From a virus (lineage: Duplodnaviria > Caudoviricetes), in IMG/VR virus record IMGVR_UViG_3300025010_000079, positions 1 through 52,668 of that record: DNA of 52,668 nucleotides. One strand, written 5' to 3'. Under the pieces are notes generated by a model. That model saw only the letters and a program-made list of their open reading frames with translations. It ran no database searches and had not been told where the DNA came from. Of this stretch, positions 20,261 through 30,528 are shown one piece after another; positions within the stretch are counted from its first letter, which is position 1; every line of letters starts with the position of its first letter. The position numbers and the translations under genes were made by a program.

Positions 20261-20644
20261 TTAAATATCCCTTCTGTTGATAATATAATTAAATTCCTCT
20301 ATTGTTAATTCTTCATCTTCTCCTTTGCCAATCTCTTTCTTATACTTTTCAATTTTATTATCTTGTTCTTTATTTAATTTATCTATTTCTGCTTTATATT
20401 CTGGATCATTATCATAATCATAGTCCATAAAGTAATGATCGTAAGAACTCATATAACTAATTTCACACTCTTCTTCCTCAATCACATCAAATATTCTTTC
20501 CAAAGCATTTTCTTCATCTTCTGTCGGAGAACCAGTATTGACTCTCACTAATTCTTTCCAAGGTTCTACACTAGAATCATAAATTACTACACCTCTGTAA
20601 GATTTTGAATTTGGTTCATCATAATCAATTAACAATAAATACAT
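20261..20644 (-). CDS. Acidic hypothetical protein
   Basis: 127 aa, AAGGAG RBS. Confidence 0.7.
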   Translation of the reverse strand: MYLLLIDYDEPNSKSYRGVVIYDSSVEPWKELVRVNTGSPTEDEENALERIFDVIEEEECEISYMSSYDHYFMDYDYDNDPEYKAEIDKLNKEQDNKIEKYKKEIGKGEDEELTIEEFNYIINRRDI

Positions 20645-20675
20645 TAATAAACACTCCTTCTATTTTTATTTATCC

Positions 20676-20876
20676 CTAAATCCCTTTACATTCCATAACT
20701 CTAATCCTATGATACTTAGCGCAATCCAAACAATAAATCATATCATCATCTCTTCCAACAAAAATATCTTCAACTCTAATTAATTCTTCTCCGCAAATTC
20801 CACAGTTTTCAGAAATATATTGATCTAAATCATCATTTACCTCCTTTGTATTATGAAATACTTTTTGCTTTGTCAT
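20676..20876 (-). CDS. Small zinc-finger protein
   Basis: CGIC...CLDC; overlaps the upstream gene. Confidence 0.7.
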   Translation of the reverse strand: MTKQKVFHNTKEVNDDLDQYISENCGICGEELIRVEDIFVGRDDDMIYCLDCAKYHRIRVMECKGI

Positions 20877-21243
20877 TACTCATCAATTCCTCCGCAATTT
20901 CAAAGCTAGTATAATCTTCAATCACTAATTCACAAAAATTATTTACATTCTTAAATAACCAATTCTCTAATTGCATAGAACCAATACAATATCCTTCAAC
21001 TTTATGTGATTTATCTCTACACATATGTAAATTGCCCATGCCATTGAATGTTTCTGTACTATTGTATACTCTTCCTACAACCCTGACTAATTTACTTATT
21101 GATGAATCTCTATTAAATATTTCCTCTAGAATTGATGTAATATTGGTTTTTTCTTGAGTTATTTTATCTGTTATTATATAATCCATTTTTGATAAGTTAT
21201 TTTCGTTTAGAGTGAGAAGACCATTTAGATAATATGATTTCAT
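20851..21243 (-). CDS. Hypothetical protein
   Basis: 130 aa, GAGGT RBS. Confidence 0.75.
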   Translation of the reverse strand: MKSYYLNGLLTLNENNLSKMDYIITDKITQEKTNITSILEEIFNRDSSISKLVRVVGRVYNSTETFNGMGNLHMCRDKSHKVEGYCIGSMQLENWLFKNVNNFCELVIEDYTSFEIAEELMSNDKAKSIS

Positions 21244-21537
21244 TTTTATTTACCTCTTTCTATTAATTATTTATATATTTATTTTGATTTTGTAAAAGTA
21301 TGATTTTTTATAAATTTACTAGCATCAAGGTAGGCAAAATAGTGTATTTTTATGATTTTTACTAAAAGTACCTCAAACCCTACTGTCATAAGGGATACAG
21401 GGATTATCTTACCTCAATTATGTGCCATAATATCGACTCTATTTGCCTTGCAAAATTGACATAGGTAAGATTGTGTCAAATAGATTTTTTAAACACTTAG
21501 AAGGCAATAATCTTTAATTTTATAATTACATTATATA

Positions 21538-21939
21538 TTATTTTTTAGATTCTGTAGATTCTTCTTTTAACTTTTGTTTCTCTTTTTCTTTCTTCTGTCG
21601 AAGTTTCAATTCTTTAAGTTGGTCATTTTTCCCTTTAATCTGAAAGCGAAGGAGTTTATGTACTTTATGAATGTCACTTTCATTTACCCTTAGAACTGCT
21701 TCAGTACAAGTGTCACTACTAATATATTCCCATACTTTAATATTATCTTCTTCACATTTTAACATAAAAGATTTTGAACTTGATCCGGTTGGAAAATATA
21801 TTGAGAGAGTGGATTGATCGTGGCGATAGATTTCTGTATTGTAGTGGCCTTTTAGGTAGTTGTCATCTTTGTTTTTGCTAGGTTTTCCGTCACTGTTTTC
21901 TTGATGAAAAATTGTATAGACACCGATATATTTAAGAAT
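21538..21939 (-). CDS. Hypothetical protein, 133 aa, probable ATT start
   Basis: Open frame extends 58 codons beyond the tracked ATG (21765) to ATT 21939, 7 nt after AAGGAGGTG. Confidence 0.65.
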   Translation of the reverse strand: MLKYIGVYTIFHQENSDGKPSKNKDDNYLKGHYNTEIYRHDQSTLSIYFPTGSSSKSFMLKCEEDNIKVWEYISSDTCTEAVLRVNESDIHKVHKLLRFQIKGKNDQLKELKLRQKKEKEKQKLKEESTESKK

Positions 21940-21978
21940 TCATTTTCACCTCCTTTCAATGTTAATTACATTTAATTA

Positions 21979-22308
21979 TTATAAACTTTTATAAAACTCA
22001 CTTTCATGCTCAATAAATCCATTATTACTATCCAAAATATTAACTACCTGCCTATATCCATATTTTAATATAATATCTTTACCTAAATTCCATGCGATAT
22101 TTGTATTATCTTCTCCCATTCCATCATCATGAATAAGAAATCTTAATCTATTATCCTCTGGAATTAAATGAATTTCTGTAAAATATTTTTGCATTCTCAG
22201 ACCATTGCTACTACAATCCCATAATTCATACCCTTTACTTTTAAACACTTTTATTAATTCTTTTACTTCTGGAAGAGTTTCTAGATTTTTATAATTTTTA
22301 TGAAACAT
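21979..22308 (-). CDS. Hypothetical protein
   Basis: 109 aa with RBS. Confidence 0.7.
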   Translation of the reverse strand: MFHKNYKNLETLPEVKELIKVFKSKGYELWDCSSNGLRMQKYFTEIHLIPEDNRLRFLIHDDGMGEDNTNIAWNLGKDIILKYGYRQVVNILDSNNGFIEHESEFYKSL

Positions 22309-22353
22309 TTTTATTTCCTTCTTTCTATTATTTTATTTTAATAATTATAAAAC

Positions 22354-22527
22354 TCAATATGTATTGTAACTACACATTAACTTCTTATTATCACATTCTT
22401 CACAAACTAAATGAACCCAATGTTCTGTGTAACTATCATCATACCACATATTAAATTTCTCAGTATGTTCAATTGAAGTATTATTACTATGACAATTTTT
22501 ACACTCAATATGAAAACCTATATCCAT
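22354..22527 (-). CDS. Small zinc-ribbon protein
   Basis: AAGGAGGTG RBS then ATG 22527; CKNC...CEEC. Confidence 0.7.
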   Translation of the reverse strand: MDIGFHIECKNCHSNNTSIEHTEKFNMWYDDSYTEHWVHLVCEECDNKKLMCSYNTY

Positions 22528-22593
22528 TATTTTCACCTCCTTTGCTACTTAATTATTATAACATTATTTATTGATTTGTGTCAAGCATTATAT

Positions 22594-22836
22594 TTACCTC
22601 CCTTCTCTAAGTAATTTATCCAAATACTCAATAGTATCAAATAAATCCTCTAATATATTTCCCTTCTCTGTATTGATAGAAATATAACCATATTTATTAC
22701 ATATATCAGAGAATTCACAGTATGTTTGATCATTTTCTTTACATTCCATGCATTTGTTAGGGTTTTCTTCATCTTCTATATCTTGGGAGAATAGTAATTG
22801 TTTAAGTTTTGCTAGTTGATTTGTGGTTAATATCAC
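22594..22836 (-). CDS. Hypothetical Cys-containing protein
   Basis: AAGGAGGTG RBS, GTG start. Confidence 0.7.
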   Translation of the reverse strand: MILTTNQLAKLKQLLFSQDIEDEENPNKCMECKENDQTYCEFSDICNKYGYISINTEKGNILEDLFDTIEYLDKLLREGR

Positions 22837-22951
22837 TTTATTTCACCTCCTTTGTGTTTATTTTATTGTTAGATTTTTAGGCAAGGGGTAGGTTTGTGAG
22901 TATTGTAGATGATTAATATGTAAACCGTACCCGCCCCTTACCTATGTGATA

Positions 22952-22980
22952 ATTATAGCATGGATTGATTTTGGTGTCAA
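22952..22980 (-). promoter_or_regulatory. Sigma-A promoter
   Basis: TTGACA-17 nt-TATAAT with extended -10 TG. Confidence 0.8.
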
Positions 22981-23049
22981 TGATTAATTTTATTTTAGTG
23001 TTTATGTTAATAAATAATGTAATATTTTATAAGTTTGTATTTTAGAAAT

Positions 23050-24255
23050 CTATTTTACTAGATTTCTAAAATCTGTAAACTTCAAATCATAATACTTCTC
23101 AGCAACATCTGGATATTTCTCCTCTAAATCCTTCATATACCTATTTGAAGAACAATTCTCCCCATTGACTTCTACATTAGCTTGACACCACTCTCTGTAA
23201 CTTCTCTTCTTAAATTGTGATGGCTGATTACACCATCTAGCTACATTAACATATGTACCATAAAATTCACTATCTTTATAATCCTTGTATCTCATTATAT
23301 ATGGTAAACATTGATATTTCATAAGAATCTTAATTCTTTCAAACATAGAATGTATATCACCAATACCTTGACTTCCATAAGCCACTAAAACGTAAAGTTT
23401 TGTTGTTTTTGTATTGTATTTTCTCCATAGAGTTAATTTTTCTTCTATTAAATCTCTATCCATAATATCATCAAAAGCGAATATGTAATCACCTTTGTAT
23501 TTTACATTAGACATTATTCTTGCCTTTTCATCGGTCATTAATCTTAAATCTAACCCTTGTTTGAATTGAAATGATTTCTTAGTGGCAATTAACTCTTCTA
23601 TGATATCTTTCCATTTTGGATAACCAAATAAGTTATCATCCAATAAACATATGTATGGTTTATCTTCGTCTAAAAATTCTTTAACTGGAGAGTGTAATTG
23701 AACTTTGTCATATTTCTTATTCACACAGAACTCACATTTACGAAAACAACCTCTAGTCGTAAATCCAATTGAGTAGTCTAGATAATATTCAAACTCTTTT
23801 CTTTTTGCTCCTTCTCTCATCATATTACCTATCCAACTATGATATAAGATATAATCTGGTTTCATATGTTCCATAAAGTCTGGGAGATCAGGCATAAGTT
23901 CATAATAGAATCCTGTCCCTCCGTAATATATATTATCATATTTCATTATATCAATTGGTATTTCCGTATAATCAAATACTTTAGATATATAAACCATATC
24001 ATATTTTTCTATATCATTATAGTTCATTAGCAAAGTAACTTTATCAGAACGTCTATATTTATGATATGCACTTATTTTCATTAACGCTAAGTTTGGAAAT
24101 CTATGACTATTATTACTTAATAAATCTGCATCTATTATTCCAATCTTCAGGCCAAACTCCTCCTTGCTGTCATGTTCAATCATCGCATGATAAGATGGAA
24201 TTGGCAAGTCTTTATTTAGATTATTGTTTTGTTTATCTTTTTTCATATTTTTCAT
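23050..24255 (-). CDS. Radical SAM protein
   Basis: TRGCFRKCEFC (CxxxCxxC), LLDDN, N-terminal FPNLALMKISAYHK. Confidence 0.88.
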   Translation of the reverse strand: MKNMKKDKQNNNLNKDLPIPSYHAMIEHDSKEEFGLKIGIIDADLLSNNSHRFPNLALMKISAYHKYRRSDKVTLLMNYNDIEKYDMVYISKVFDYTEIPIDIMKYDNIYYGGTGFYYELMPDLPDFMEHMKPDYILYHSWIGNMMREGAKRKEFEYYLDYSIGFTTRGCFRKCEFCVNKKYDKVQLHSPVKEFLDEDKPYICLLDDNLFGYPKWKDIIEELIATKKSFQFKQGLDLRLMTDEKARIMSNVKYKGDYIFAFDDIMDRDLIEEKLTLWRKYNTKTTKLYVLVAYGSQGIGDIHSMFERIKILMKYQCLPYIMRYKDYKDSEFYGTYVNVARWCNQPSQFKKRSYREWCQANVEVNGENCSSNRYMKDLEEKYPDVAEKYYDLKFTDFRNLVK

Positions 24256-24452
24256 TAATTTGTTCCTCCTAAAATTTTATTTTTTAATATATTTGTTTTT
24301 TATTAATTTCATCTCTTCTTAATTATCCAACTAATTTTATTTGCCTTCACACAAGTATGTACATCAAATTTAGTTCTCAACACCTTACCATTAGCCCACC
24401 ATTCCTTCTTTAACCATTCTAATTGTTTTTTAGTTGCGGGTTCATATTTACA

Positions 24453-25261
24453 TTAATCAGTAATTTCTACTTCATATTTATACATTGCATCATATAGTTT
24501 TTGTGGAATTTGATCTTTATATTTATCTGCAATTTGTTTTATTAGTGTTTCTTTATGTATTTTATAAACATCAAAAGCTTCTTTAGGAGTTTTAAATGTT
24601 CCTAAATATATCATGTTATTTGGTTCATACCATCAGCACAATTTACTGTGTAATTTAAACCATGTAAAGAAACACCTAACGGTAATTTCCCTCTATGAGT
24701 ATTATTAATTAAAAACAAAGTATTAATTCTACTTGGCACAAATATTGCTGTTTCTGGACTATAAACACGATTCCCTTTTATTAATATATCTTTATCAAGA
24801 TGCATTTTATATCCTTCAACCTCATAATAATTTTCATCATACCATTTAGAAAAATTTTGGAAACAATGCCATTCTTCACATACAGTACAACCTATGTAAG
24901 TAGGGCGTTTCATATGTAATTTTACATCATATCCTCTTTGTAACATATGTCTCCATGAATCATATTGTTTTGTGTTACTCGATTTGCCATTTTCTTTTAT
25001 TTCATTGCTCTTATATTTCCCTTCACCAAAATATCCTACTCCTAATACTTCTCTATCATATGGATTTGTAATTTTACCTTCCATAAAACATCTGTATTCT
25101 CTATGTTGTGTTATATAATTTGAATCTGGAAAATAAATATCAATATCTCTAGCATTTATATATTTTATTATTGTCATTGTACTCCCATAAGTATTAACTC
25201 TTGTTTCTCCAACTCTATCTGTTCTAGTGCCAAATCCTTTTTTAATATAAATATTAATCAA
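24453..25261 (-). pseudogene. Frameshifted homing endonuclease (HNH-like core plus AP2-like C-terminus)
   Basis: WRHMLQR, VCEEW, LDKDILIKGNRVYSPE motifs. ORF stops at 24611, but YLGTFKTPKEAF...YEVEITD* continues in another frame to 24453. Confidence 0.8.
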
Positions 25262-25280
25262 TTCCTTTCTACATTATTTA

Positions 25281-27074
25281 TTAATTATTGGAAACACTAT
25301 GCAACTCATGACCATTTGTTTTATGTCTCAGCAATAAATATCTTTTTACTATTTCACTTAATTCAATTTCACCTACACATCTGGTACAACCAACATACAA
25401 AATACACATTTCTTCATATAAATTATTATTCTCCTTTTTCTCTTCATCTTGGCCAATAAACTTATTACGATATTCACTTTCTATATCAAAATGATCTTCA
25501 CTTATGTAAACAGGCATAGAATAGGACATACCCTTACTTCGATGGATGGTAGAAAACAGAATATCAGCACTTTCCTTTTTAGTTACTGAATTATTCTTAA
25601 TCCCATTTACAATATCAATAATTCTTGAACTATATTTCTTTACCATTTTAATCAAAGCTAGAAGTTCTAAATCAACTGTCTTATCCGCATAATCTTCCAT
25701 TTCATAATAATTTTTAAATTTAGATAATATTTTATTTTTAGTTGGTTTTCCAATACTAAAATAGTAACAATCGACTAGATTAGTAAAATTATATGACTGA
25801 TAGCCTCCTTCAAAGAATAACTTTTTATTTCTATCAATGCCTAGTGCTTCTGCTACTTCAGCAAATATATAAGCATTAGTCCTACATAAACAAACATAAG
25901 GATTTGACTTATCGATTTTATCTACAATGGTTTGTTTATTATTAAATCCTTTCATTTGAATATCATTGTCAGACATATCAGAAACAATAAGATTTGCTAT
26001 ATGTGCTATATTCTGTGATACTCTAAAAGATGTGGTTAGTTTATATTCTTTTGCTTCAAATAATGGCATAATATTAATTGCGTTTCTCCAACTATAAAGT
26101 TGTTGAAATTTATCACCAACAACAATTATTCCTTTAACATTAGAATTGATAAATATATCAAACATCATTAAACTGCTGTCCTGAATTTCATCCCCCATGA
26201 TTATGTCATATTTTTTGCTTAAATCAACTTGATTGAGTTGAAAAATCTTAAGATAATAATCATGTTCGATCTTAACATTATTCTTATATGATTTCTTTAA
26301 TTCCCATAATCTTTCACATTGAGATATTATTCTGCTTCTCATATCATCTTCTTTAAATATTTCTAAATCATTGAATGTTTGAACATTGCTCATCATATAA
26401 GTCTTCATCATTTCATTGATTTTAACTGCCAATTCCATATCATTATTCCAATTAAGATTGAGATCCTTAATAATATCTACAACACCATAGTTAAATGTAA
26501 GTTTGTCTTTGTAAAATCTTCCGACATAACCAAAAGCTAATCCGTGAATAGTTTTTATTTCTACATGATTTAGTTTACCAAATGTTTTAAGACACTCATC
26601 CTTCATTGCCTTGTTATACACCAAATATAGTATTTTATTAAATGGACGTTCTTTAGCATAATAATAAAGAGTAGATGTCTTGGCTGAACCACTAAGAGCT
26701 GATATTTTTATTCTATCCTCTGTAGAATTTATAATATCTTTTTGTTCTTTTGTCAGGGCATACCCATCTTCAGACATATAATCAGACATTTCAATAGTAA
26801 TATTATCAAATTGCTTGTTATAAAATTCATCAGAGAGAATGTCTAATTGATTTTCTTGAAATTGGATGCCTTTATCATCTTTTACAATAAGTTTCATTTT
26901 TGCTTCACAATCTGACACATTTGATTCTGTATCTCTAGAGTGGGCATAATATTGTTTAATAGCACCAAACTTTCTTATTAACTCTTCATGGCACACAGGG
27001 CATGTGTATGTATCTGTGGATGTTGATTCTATAATAGGGATTAACTTTGAATGTTGATTAAATGCTTTTTTCAT
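25281..27074 (-). CDS. Superfamily-1 (UvrD-like) helicase with N-terminal Zn-finger
   Basis: ALSGSAKTST, KTIHGLA, GDEIQD, VGDKFQQLYSWR, LTTSFR, STIHRSKG, YVGCTR. Confidence 0.88.
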   Translation of the reverse strand: MKKAFNQHSKLIPIIESTSTDTYTCPVCHEELIRKFGAIKQYYAHSRDTESNVSDCEAKMKLIVKDDKGIQFQENQLDILSDEFYNKQFDNITIEMSDYMSEDGYALTKEQKDIINSTEDRIKISALSGSAKTSTLYYYAKERPFNKILYLVYNKAMKDECLKTFGKLNHVEIKTIHGLAFGYVGRFYKDKLTFNYGVVDIIKDLNLNWNNDMELAVKINEMMKTYMMSNVQTFNDLEIFKEDDMRSRIISQCERLWELKKSYKNNVKIEHDYYLKIFQLNQVDLSKKYDIIMGDEIQDSSLMMFDIFINSNVKGIIVVGDKFQQLYSWRNAINIMPLFEAKEYKLTTSFRVSQNIAHIANLIVSDMSDNDIQMKGFNNKQTIVDKIDKSNPYVCLCRTNAYIFAEVAEALGIDRNKKLFFEGGYQSYNFTNLVDCYYFSIGKPTKNKILSKFKNYYEMEDYADKTVDLELLALIKMVKKYSSRIIDIVNGIKNNSVTKKESADILFSTIHRSKGMSYSMPVYISEDHFDIESEYRNKFIGQDEEKKENNNLYEEMCILYVGCTRCVGEIELSEIVKRYLLLRHKTNGHELHSVSNN

Positions 27075-27271
27075 TTATTTTGTCTCCTTTTATTTTTATA
27101 TTTAATATTATTATAAGAAAAAGAAAATTAAAAAATTGATCCTGAATAAGAAATATTGTAGCGTAGCGGAAATATTTCGTTTCAGAGCGTTGCCCGACAA
27201 AGGGTAACAAGACCCTGCTCCCGTTGGGTTCCCCTTTAATGAATAATATAATAAGTAATAATATTGATTTG

Positions 27272-27338
27272 AAAAACGTGAAAGTTTGATTTTCCGATAA
27301 TAGTATATATAATAGAGAAATCAAACTTTCACGTTTTT
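27272..27338. repeat. Perfect 21-bp inverted repeat with 25-bp spacer
   Basis: AAAAACGTGAAAGTTTGATTT (27272-27292) and its complement (27318-27338). Confidence 0.9.
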
Positions 27339-28492
27339 ATTATTTTGATTCTTCTTACTTTGCCTTTTATATTTTTGGAATCCTTGTTTATTAAAGTGTT
27401 TGTAAGTTTATCATTGTCATCAATATATGTATCATTTATTCTTCTGGAAATATTTTTATCATGGGATTCTCCACAAAATAATTCTTCATTTTTCTTTATT
27501 GCTCTTGTTTGTTTGTTTTCTACATTTCCATGCAATCTTTTTGATATATCAACATTTAATGTCTGACAATGTATTTTTCTATCTTCTTCACTTAAAAGCA
27601 AGTCTAATAATTTATTTCTTTGTTGTATAATATGATCTTCATTACATATTATTTTATAAGAATTATAATAGTAGGCAATTTTAAGTTCATCAAGAATAAT
27701 ATCATCAACTTTTTCTTTAAATTCACTCCACATACTATTTCTTATTATCTCTTGCTTATTATTAAATCCCATACTTTCCATTGTGTTTCTTTCAGTGCGA
27801 AGTATAAATTTTTTCTCTGAAGTAGTTGCTTCTCTATGATGATAATCAATACGATTTACAATATTGTATTCAACTAATTTTTCGCCATATTCATCCTCCA
27901 ATGTATTCTTATTAATATTAAGACTTTGCTCATCTTCATTAATTCCAATTGTTACTAAATCACAAACAGTTAATTCACTTGACCAAAGAACTAATGATTG
28001 ACCCTTTAAATTATCTAATGCTTTTTCTAGATTTCTTTTCAACATTCCATCAGTTGATAAATACCATTCTTCAACTGTCTGTTTTTGTATTCCTATAAAT
28101 TCACTTAATTTTGGAATTCTTTCTTTACAATATGCATAATTATCATTTATCATTGCTAGTGATTTTAATAATTTATTTTTAGAAAGAAATACATTTCCAT
28201 TGTTTGTATCTTGTACTAAAAGATCAAGGATTAATAATTCAATTATTTCTATGTATTTTGTTTTATTACCACCTCCAGACTTATTTTTCCTACCATCTAC
28301 TTTTTCTAATGGAATCTCATATATCTCACTTACAGTATATAGTGTTTTATTTTTATGAATATTCATTAGACATTCTAATTCTTTTAGTTGTGATTGTTTT
28401 GCTCTTGTATTATTTTTTTGTTCTATAGATAGCACTTCACACAACTCCTTGTATTTATATGATTTATTAAACTCTATATTGTTTTTATTCAA
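27329..28492 (-). CDS. Hypothetical basic protein, possible DNA-binding or initiator-like
   Basis: 387 aa, K-rich; stop codon lies inside the 21-bp inverted repeat. Confidence 0.7.
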   Translation of the reverse strand: MNKNNIEFNKSYKYKELCEVLSIEQKNNTRAKQSQLKELECLMNIHKNKTLYTVSEIYEIPLEKVDGRKNKSGGGNKTKYIEIIELLILDLLVQDTNNGNVFLSKNKLLKSLAMINDNYAYCKERIPKLSEFIGIQKQTVEEWYLSTDGMLKRNLEKALDNLKGQSLVLWSSELTVCDLVTIGINEDEQSLNINKNTLEDEYGEKLVEYNIVNRIDYHHREATTSEKKFILRTERNTMESMGFNNKQEIIRNSMWSEFKEKVDDIILDELKIAYYYNSYKIICNEDHIIQQRNKLLDLLLSEEDRKIHCQTLNVDISKRLHGNVENKQTRAIKKNEELFCGESHDKNISRRINDTYIDDNDKLTNTLINKDSKNIKGKVRRIKIIKT

Positions 28493-28693
28493 TAATTATT
28501 TTCACATCCTTTTGATATTTATTAATGGAATGAAAATTAAAATAGTGTTTCACATTGTTCAGCCCAATTTTAATTTATATGCTACGAAGAATATGTTTTA
28601 TTTTTGTATTTATGTAAAACCAACAATATCAATTTGCATCTGCAATATTTTTCTCCTTTCTTAATTTATTTCATAGTTATCCCTCACTTAATA

Positions 28694-28722
28694 ATTATAC
28701 CATACTAAAATAAACATGTCAA
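28694..28722 (-). promoter_or_regulatory. Sigma-A promoter
   Basis: TTGACA-17 nt-TATAAT with TG. Confidence 0.8.
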
Positions 28723-28768
28723 CATATTTTATTTATATATTTACAAAATAATTTAAAACATCAATACT

Positions 28769-29440
28769 CTACATCATCTCAATAAAAGGTATTAAAATTC
28801 TAGGAGATGCAATACCAGTATTTGATATAGTATGTGTTGCACCTGTGATTCCAAATCTTTTACTTTGTTCTTCACCAAAATAACTACAACTATGAGTTTC
28901 TAACCAATTATATTGTTTTGTTTTTACTTCTATATCATATTTCTTTATATGATATCCAGAATCTATTTTGCTAACATCTATAACTCTATACTCAATATTA
29001 TATTTATCCAAGAATGATGTAGCATTGGAAAGTAATAAATCAAAATTCTCCTCCCAATCACAGTCATTACAGAAACAAAATTGCTCAAGTTTAACAAATT
29101 CTTTACATCTTTTTAATCCTTCATAGCCATAATTTTCATGTCTAAAGCATTGATTTTTAGAATAAATGAGTTGTGGTTTAACATAAGAATCTGAGTAATA
29201 TTGTAATATTCCTTGCTCTGCCGAACCAGATAAATTATGTATATGATCTACTGAAAGAGATTTAACAATATCTTCAATACCTTGTCTTTCAAAACTATTC
29301 CATCTTGTTAAACTTGGAATTGATAAATATCTAAACCCCTTACCATCTAACATATCTTCAAATTCTATGAATAGTTTCTTTTCTAATAGAGATAGTTCAA
29401 ATCCTAAATTATAAATACCACTTTCTACTTCATATTTCAT
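28769..29440 (-). CDS. Seryl-tRNA-synthetase-like class II catalytic domain lacking the tRNA-binding coiled-coil arm
   Basis: GSAEQ, motif 2 CFRHE...GLKRCKEFVKLEQF, KKYDIEV, ETHSCS, motif 3 HTISNTGIASPR; only 223 aa. Confidence 0.85.
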   Translation of the reverse strand: MKYEVESGIYNLGFELSLLEKKLFIEFEDMLDGKGFRYLSIPSLTRWNSFERQGIEDIVKSLSVDHIHNLSGSAEQGILQYYSDSYVKPQLIYSKNQCFRHENYGYEGLKRCKEFVKLEQFCFCNDCDWEENFDLLLSNATSFLDKYNIEYRVIDVSKIDSGYHIKKYDIEVKTKQYNWLETHSCSYFGEEQSKRFGITGATHTISNTGIASPRILIPFIEMM

Positions 29441-29459
29441 TTTGTATTCTTCCTTTCTT

Positions 29460-30251
29460 TTAGTAAATTAATTTATCTCCATACCATACTAGATTATGAA
29501 TTGTCTTATCTTTGTTATAATCTTTATTGCTAAATAATGAGATTTGTTTTTCGTTGTGATTCCAAATATGATTATTAAATTCATATCCTATATAATCAAA
29601 ACTTGTATCTAAAACAAATCTAGTTGTATCGACATCATTATAATTTAATCCATTTTCAGATATCCATTTAGTATATTCATTATTTTGATTTTCTTGAGTG
29701 TCTAATATTTTTAATGCGATAGTTTCAATGTTTCTGTACTGAATTAAATATTTCTTAATATCATGATTCATAAATGGAGATAAATTTCTAAGTAGTACAT
29801 AGTTTAATCTAATTCTTGCATTGTGGAAATTTTTGGTTAAAGTATAATCATTTTTATAATGTAATACAGAACTATCAACATCATAATATTCACTTATTCT
29901 TGTAATTTCAATAAGCCAATCTTTAAATAAATAGAATAATTTATCATTGTAAAATAGATTACCAGATGTTTGAATTCTATAATCTTCAAATAGTCCTGAA
30001 TTAGTTACGATTGATACAATTTCTTGTAAATATTCATATGTATAGTAAGATGGTTCACCATTGCCACTTAATACAAAGTATTTGAACTTTGCTTTATCTT
30101 GGATTAGTTTATCAATTTGCATTTTAAATTGAATTAAATCTTCATTAACTTCAGGTAATCTCTCTATTTTAGCTATACAATAAGGGCAATTTTTATTACA
30201 TTTATAGGATGATAATATCATGATAAAGTCTTTATAATCCAAATTATTCAC
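29460..30251 (-). CDS. Radical SAM protein
   Basis: CNKNCPYC, LSGNGEP, IQTSG. Confidence 0.88.
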   Translation of the reverse strand: MNNLDYKDFIMILSSYKCNKNCPYCIAKIERLPEVNEDLIQFKMQIDKLIQDKAKFKYFVLSGNGEPSYYTYEYLQEIVSIVTNSGLFEDYRIQTSGNLFYNDKLFYLFKDWLIEITRISEYYDVDSSVLHYKNDYTLTKNFHNARIRLNYVLLRNLSPFMNHDIKKYLIQYRNIETIALKILDTQENQNNEYTKWISENGLNYNDVDTTRFVLDTSFDYIGYEFNNHIWNHNEKQISLFSNKDYNKDKTIHNLVWYGDKLIY

Positions 30252-30480
30252 CTTCCATTGCTACTTTACTTCTAAGTTTTGCAAATGCTATTAATTGTTC
30301 TAATGTAAAACCATATTTCTTAGATACTCCCTCTACTGCACCAATAATATCTGATAGTTCTATTAGAAGCATTAAGTCTTGATTTTGAGACTCTGCGTCA
30401 TATGCTTCTTCTAGTTCTTCTTTAATTTTTGATAATTCTCCATAGATTCCTTTTTGTATTTTTGCTTTGTGGAATTTCAT
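30244..30480 (-). CDS. Small MazG-like (all-alpha NTP pyrophosphohydrolase fold) protein
   Basis: KIKEELEE...ELSD acidic motif pattern; 8-nt overlap with the radical SAM gene. Confidence 0.65.
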   Translation of the reverse strand: MKFHKAKIQKGIYGELSKIKEELEEAYDAESQNQDLMLLIELSDIIGAVEGVSKKYGFTLEQLIAFAKLRSKVAMEGE

Positions 30481-30528
30481 TAGTGGTTACTCCTTTCTTA
30501 GTAATTTTTTATATTTATCCATATACTA

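Noticed and set aside
27058-27324. 88-aa minus-strand ORF
   Set aside because: No RBS; runs through the inverted repeat and low-complexity AT tracts.
28769-29440. Housekeeping serS or a decayed serS pseudogene
   Set aside because: Too short and lacks the tRNA-binding arm, yet has its own RBS, intact catalytic motifs and no upstream remnant.
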